Source: Chromera velia (taxonomy: Eukaryota). Taken from it: 50,831 nt of DNA. The translations under genes and the position numbers were made by a program. The notes beneath the pieces were generated by a model. It saw nothing but the letters and a program-made list of their open reading frames with translations. It did not search any database and was not told the origin of the DNA. Shown here piece by piece: positions 46,758 through 50,831 of the stretch. The first letter of the stretch is position 1. Each line of letters starts with the position of its first letter. The stretch lies in the NCBI GenBank assembly GCA_018398765.1, contig JAHBMJ010000306.1, positions 1-50,831 of the forward strand, read 5' to 3'.

Positions 46758-49700
46758 CTCTTAAACCGACTGAATGAAAGGATGTTTTCAAATGTTTGAC
46801 TGAGTGCAGACAATTGAAGAATGCGGGAAGTGCAAATTCAACTACGTCGAGACAATGCGGAGTGATGTGCGGCCTCTCGGGGAGTCCTTCGCCTGGGGAA
46901 CGGAAGTGCATGTGTCGTGCAAGTCTGACCGCTTCACGTTGTTAGATTTGAAGAAATCCCCCTCGAGGGATCAGAGAGTCCCGGACTTTGCGTTGACCTG
47001 CCAGGACGGCACCTGGGTGGACAGGCACGGCAGCACTGGATTCGCCAACCACGAGTGCACGGCGTGTGTTCAGGTACGTGAATGGTGAATGGGGGGTGGG
47101 AGGGTGCCGTTTGTGACCTGAGGAGCATGAAATCGAATCATGCAGCTCATTTATTGTTTGGACGGACGAACAAAAAAAAACGGATGGCAAGTACTCTCTT
47201 TCGTGATGACTGAGTCTCACGTACCCTCGTTTTGTCGTGTACAGATCCTTACTATTCTCTTTTCTGAAACCTTCTTGTGCTGTCTGGGTAGTATTCTGAT
47301 GCGTTACGGCTTTCTTTTTTGCGTGCCCGACTGTTTGCCGTTCCTCCCTCCTGCTTTCAGGCCGGCAAGCGTGAGCTTTTGACTTTGGCGGAACAAGGCA
47401 AAGAGGCACTCTACTTCATGACGAGGATTCCGGTCCAACTGACGGTCCAGCTCTCGCGGTTTGACCCCCACAGGGTTCACTTCCGGACATCAGACAAGCG
47501 TCTGGTGGGAACTCCGCTCACAGTGGGGGGGGGGAGACTGGCCAAAGACTCGTTGTGGTACCTGGACACGACGGCTTCAAAAGACAGATTCCTCATCGAG
47601 AGTGCGGGCATGAATGAGCAGTGTCTGGCAGTCGAGCCGTCGGGATGCGGTGGGTCGCTCTCCCCCCCTCTCTCTCTCTCTCTCTCTTTCTTCTCTTGAT
47701 TACCTTTTTCTTGTAAAGATTTACTCACTCCCGACTTGCCTTTTCAGATGGCGTCCATAGATCTTGTGTTGGTTCTGCAAGCAAACAAAACTGTGAGGTC
47801 CTTTTCTTTCTCATGACGTGGACGGAGAACTGTGCTGAGTGTGAGAGGTCGGGAGGGAGCCTCTGTCGGTTTGCTTCTATGCCTCGCTATACCTCTTTTT
47901 TCTTTTCTTTCCCTTTTGTTTGCGTCATTCGTCATGCCTTGGAGAGCCGCGGTGTTCCTTTTCTGTTTTTCGGGAATTAATTGAGACGCTGCAACGAAGC
48001 ACTCAGCGCATAGGGATCCATGCGGCCAAATGAAGGAAGCATTTCTCTCTGCACACCATCTAATTTTTGTTTTTTGTTGGTTGCAGTGATGGAATTCGAA
48101 GGCAACGGTTGCTGCCGGGGATTTTCGAGTCACACGAATGCCTCCCCCCGCCAACAGACAGAGAAGGGGTGCAAAGCGCTGTGCATGGCGTCACGAACAT
48201 GCGAGGCTTTCGAAATCAGCCAGGCGAGCTTACCCATTACCAGCCCTCAGAAATACTATTGCTATCTGTTCCACACCCCTGTGAGCAACTTTCGTTTGTC
48301 TTGTGATACAAACAGCGGCAAGCAGCGGTGCTTCAGAAAACACGGCAACTGTAATCCTGGGACATCCACCACTGGTTGGTTGGTTGGTTTGTTGGCTGGC
48401 TTTCTGTGTGGGTAGGCTGGATGGAATCTCCTTCCTGATGATGAAATGTCTGCCTTGCTGTGTCCGTCTCTACTTTCCCCGTCCACTCCAGATCGCTGAG
48501 CCTCTTCATCTTCTTCTAGAAAGCCGTGAAAGCTTCTTCTCTTCTGTAGCCCTCCCAGCCAGGGTCTTGTCGTCTTCTTTTGCCTCATTCTATTGTTGTC
48601 TGGCCAGTGGTGCGCAGCTTTTTTCTACTGTAGATTTGCGCCTTTATTTTTTTTTTCGTACATGTTTTTCTTTCCTTGTTGCTGCCTGGTACTGTGTTTC
48701 TTTCCTTCCTCAGTTGGTTCACTTCTTCATCTTACCACTTTGTCTTGCAGCGTCTGAGCTCCTCAACTTCGAGAATACTGCCGAGACTTGCAACGCCTCT
48801 AAGCAGAGACACACTTGGGACACAGAGCTCGCCTTGCGTGTGCTGAGAGATCAGACAGTTGACTACTTGAGAACGTCCGTCTGTCATAGTCCTGTCTCTG
48901 TCTCGCTCTCTCTCTGTCTCTCTCTGTATGTCTGCCTCTTTTCTCTTCTGAGAACGTCAGCCTTCCCGTCTGTTAGAATGCGGCGGTTTTCTACAGAGAG
49001 GGAAAAAACTGTTCAAATTCTCTTCCTGAATTGCCCTCTAGATTTTTTGACCGAATGTTTGTTTGATCAATCCATCTTTACGGTTGAGTGGAGGATAAAC
49101 TGGCTTCTCCTCCCGAACCGATCCTTTTTGGTTCCTCTTGATGATCCATTGGAGGACGCCATTCTTTCAAAAAACCATGCATGTGTGCAGGCAGTCACGC
49201 GGGAAAAAATTCTTCAAGGCCTCTGGGGGAATGGACAAGGCGAGCTTCTCCAGGGAATTGCTGACAAGGCCTTTCGCAACCGACGGGGCCGTAGTGCAGG
49301 TTCGTGGGTCTGCTGTTCCGTTTACTTTCATACATTGTTTAAAAGATATGTATGAAAAAATTTCTGTATGAAAAAGAATTCTGTATGAAAGTAAATCTTT
49401 TAAACAATACATCGCAACCGACGGGGCCGTTGTGCAGGTTCGTCACGTGGGTCTGCTCTGCTGTTCCGTCCTCTTCCTTGTACTTCCTCTTCTACTTTGC
49501 TGCTTGGGATGCGTTCGATGTTTCTTGTTCCCTTTTTCGCTTTCTATGTGAGTCTGTCTGTCTCCTTCCGTCTTTCTTTCGCTTTCCCGCGCGTCTCTAA
49601 GGACCCACGCACATTCAGGCAGGCAGCAACCATTCAGATCGACATGAATGATTTCTTTATTGCTTCCCTTTGATTTCCAGTGAGCGCGCGTATCGACCTA

Positions 49701-50706
49701 TCTACTTGTTGTACACAAAAGAGTGTCTGCTGTGTCATGCCTGCCTGCAGGGAATCAACATGGCTCTGAGCACCAACCCGAGAAGGCTGAGTTTCTCTCC
49801 AAGGGTATTTACCTTCATGGCGGGTGCAAGCACAGCGAGATCGAGAGTTGTACATGTCACCGTGCAGAGGTCCGACCACGTGGTGACCTTAGCGTGCGAT
49901 GCGAACTCTGTCATACAGGTTGGTTGCAAGGCGGTCTGTGTTGACAGCCCGCTTTCCTTCTGTATGCAGAACGTTGTAGTGTCTGTAGTGACTGCGGGCG
50001 TGTGTTGCGAGTGCCAAGAGCCTGACAAAACACACTGACTAACCCTCGAATTTGTCTCAAAGCCACCGGCCTCCTTCTTGCTGGTAAATCCGTGTGGCCC
50101 CTCAGTGAGTGCGTTCCCGGAAGGAATTTACAACGCCATCTACCAATTTTGTCGTGCCCCTCGGTCTCGGTTGCAAGATTATCTAGGTGTTCTCTTGCTT
50201 TCTTTCCTCCTTTCCTTCTCATAATTCGTCCCGGCCCCCCCCCTGACTCCCTTGACAATCTCAGCTAAATCTGAAAGATCGGAGCCGCTCCTCCTTTCGT
50301 GTGTGGGGGCAAACTGCCCGCATGTTCTTTCTGCATGGCCTCTCTCTAATTTGATTGATCGACGTGGAACGAATGAATTCAGGACATCCGGACGGTGTCG
50401 ACTTCGGAGACAAACGACCAGTCGAATGTGTGGAACACGATCACTCTGGAGATTGTCTGCATCCCCCTGGCCTTCTCTCCCGAGTGCACGACGCTGGTAG
50501 CATCCTTTGACGGAGGGCAGTTCCCTGGCAACAGCCCGATCGATGCGGTGGCAGACATCAACAAAGTTCCTGGGAGCTCTGGACACATGGTCTGTGAGAT
50601 GGACAAGGCCCTGCAGGCAGTCAAGCTGACATCCATCCCGAAGAGTGAGATCGTGTCTGGAGAGACCATCTGCTGCACTACAGGGGGACCCTCAGTGGCT
50701 TTTCAG
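36937..50706 (+). CDS. Very large secreted cysteine-rich mosaic adhesin-like protein, about 20 exons, 3'-partial
   Basis: Signal peptide MLVLAASIFVFLLGSRLAVSA; Ig/cadherin-like GLSLDSSTGEIKG; four PAN/apple-like C-x3-C-x5-C-x2-F motifs; TSP1 WTSWTQCSVPCGSGTQTRTRSC; sushi-like GTEVHVSC..LTCQDGTW. Exon starts at 36937, 37873, 38623, 39222, 39999, 40713, 41595, 41961, 42746, 43310, 43896, 45953, 46810, 47361, 48087, 48751, 49191, 49751 and 50383. Phases are mostly consistent; the donor after the 41595 exon is uncertain. Confidence 0.85.
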
Positions 50707-50831
50707 GTGTGTATGGGTGTGTGTGTCCAGACAGACAGACAGATCGAATTGATGGATGTATATGCATGAAGGAAGAAGTGAGTGATGGCGAAAGAGAAAG
50801 AGCGGGGGGGGGGGGGGGGGGGGGGGGGGGG

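Noticed and set aside
50803..50831. G-quadruplex or poly-G element
   Set aside because: Poly-G runs border the N gaps throughout this assembly, so their length is unreliable.

Overview
Eukaryotic, intron-rich nuclear DNA with GT-AG introns full of (GT)n, (CAGA)n and (GAAA)n microsatellites and several N gaps. Signal peptide plus ASAF-type plastid leaders, a DIP13/SSNA1 gene, a PAN+TSP1 adhesin and frequent TGCATG words suggest a photosynthetic alveolate such as Chromera (inference, not proven). Genes reconstructed by hand from splice sites and reading-frame phase: the 3' part of an ABCF ATPase; a LURP-one/tubby-C protein with a frameshift in its last exon; GPI transamidase subunit PIG-S; two putative plastid-targeted unknown proteins; an intronless 975-aa Fuzzy-like longin protein; an ankyrin-like pseudogene; SSNA1/DIP13; and a >13-kb multi-exon secreted mosaic protein (Ig-like, PAN/apple, TSP1, sushi-like) that runs off the window. 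Three gene pairs are head-to-head and share a GC-rich GCGCGGG(G)TT(T)C motif. AT-rich intergenic islands hold MITE-like elements and short 5'-truncated retroelement tails. No rRNA, tRNA or CRISPR was found. All homology calls are from recalled family motifs; no database search was run.
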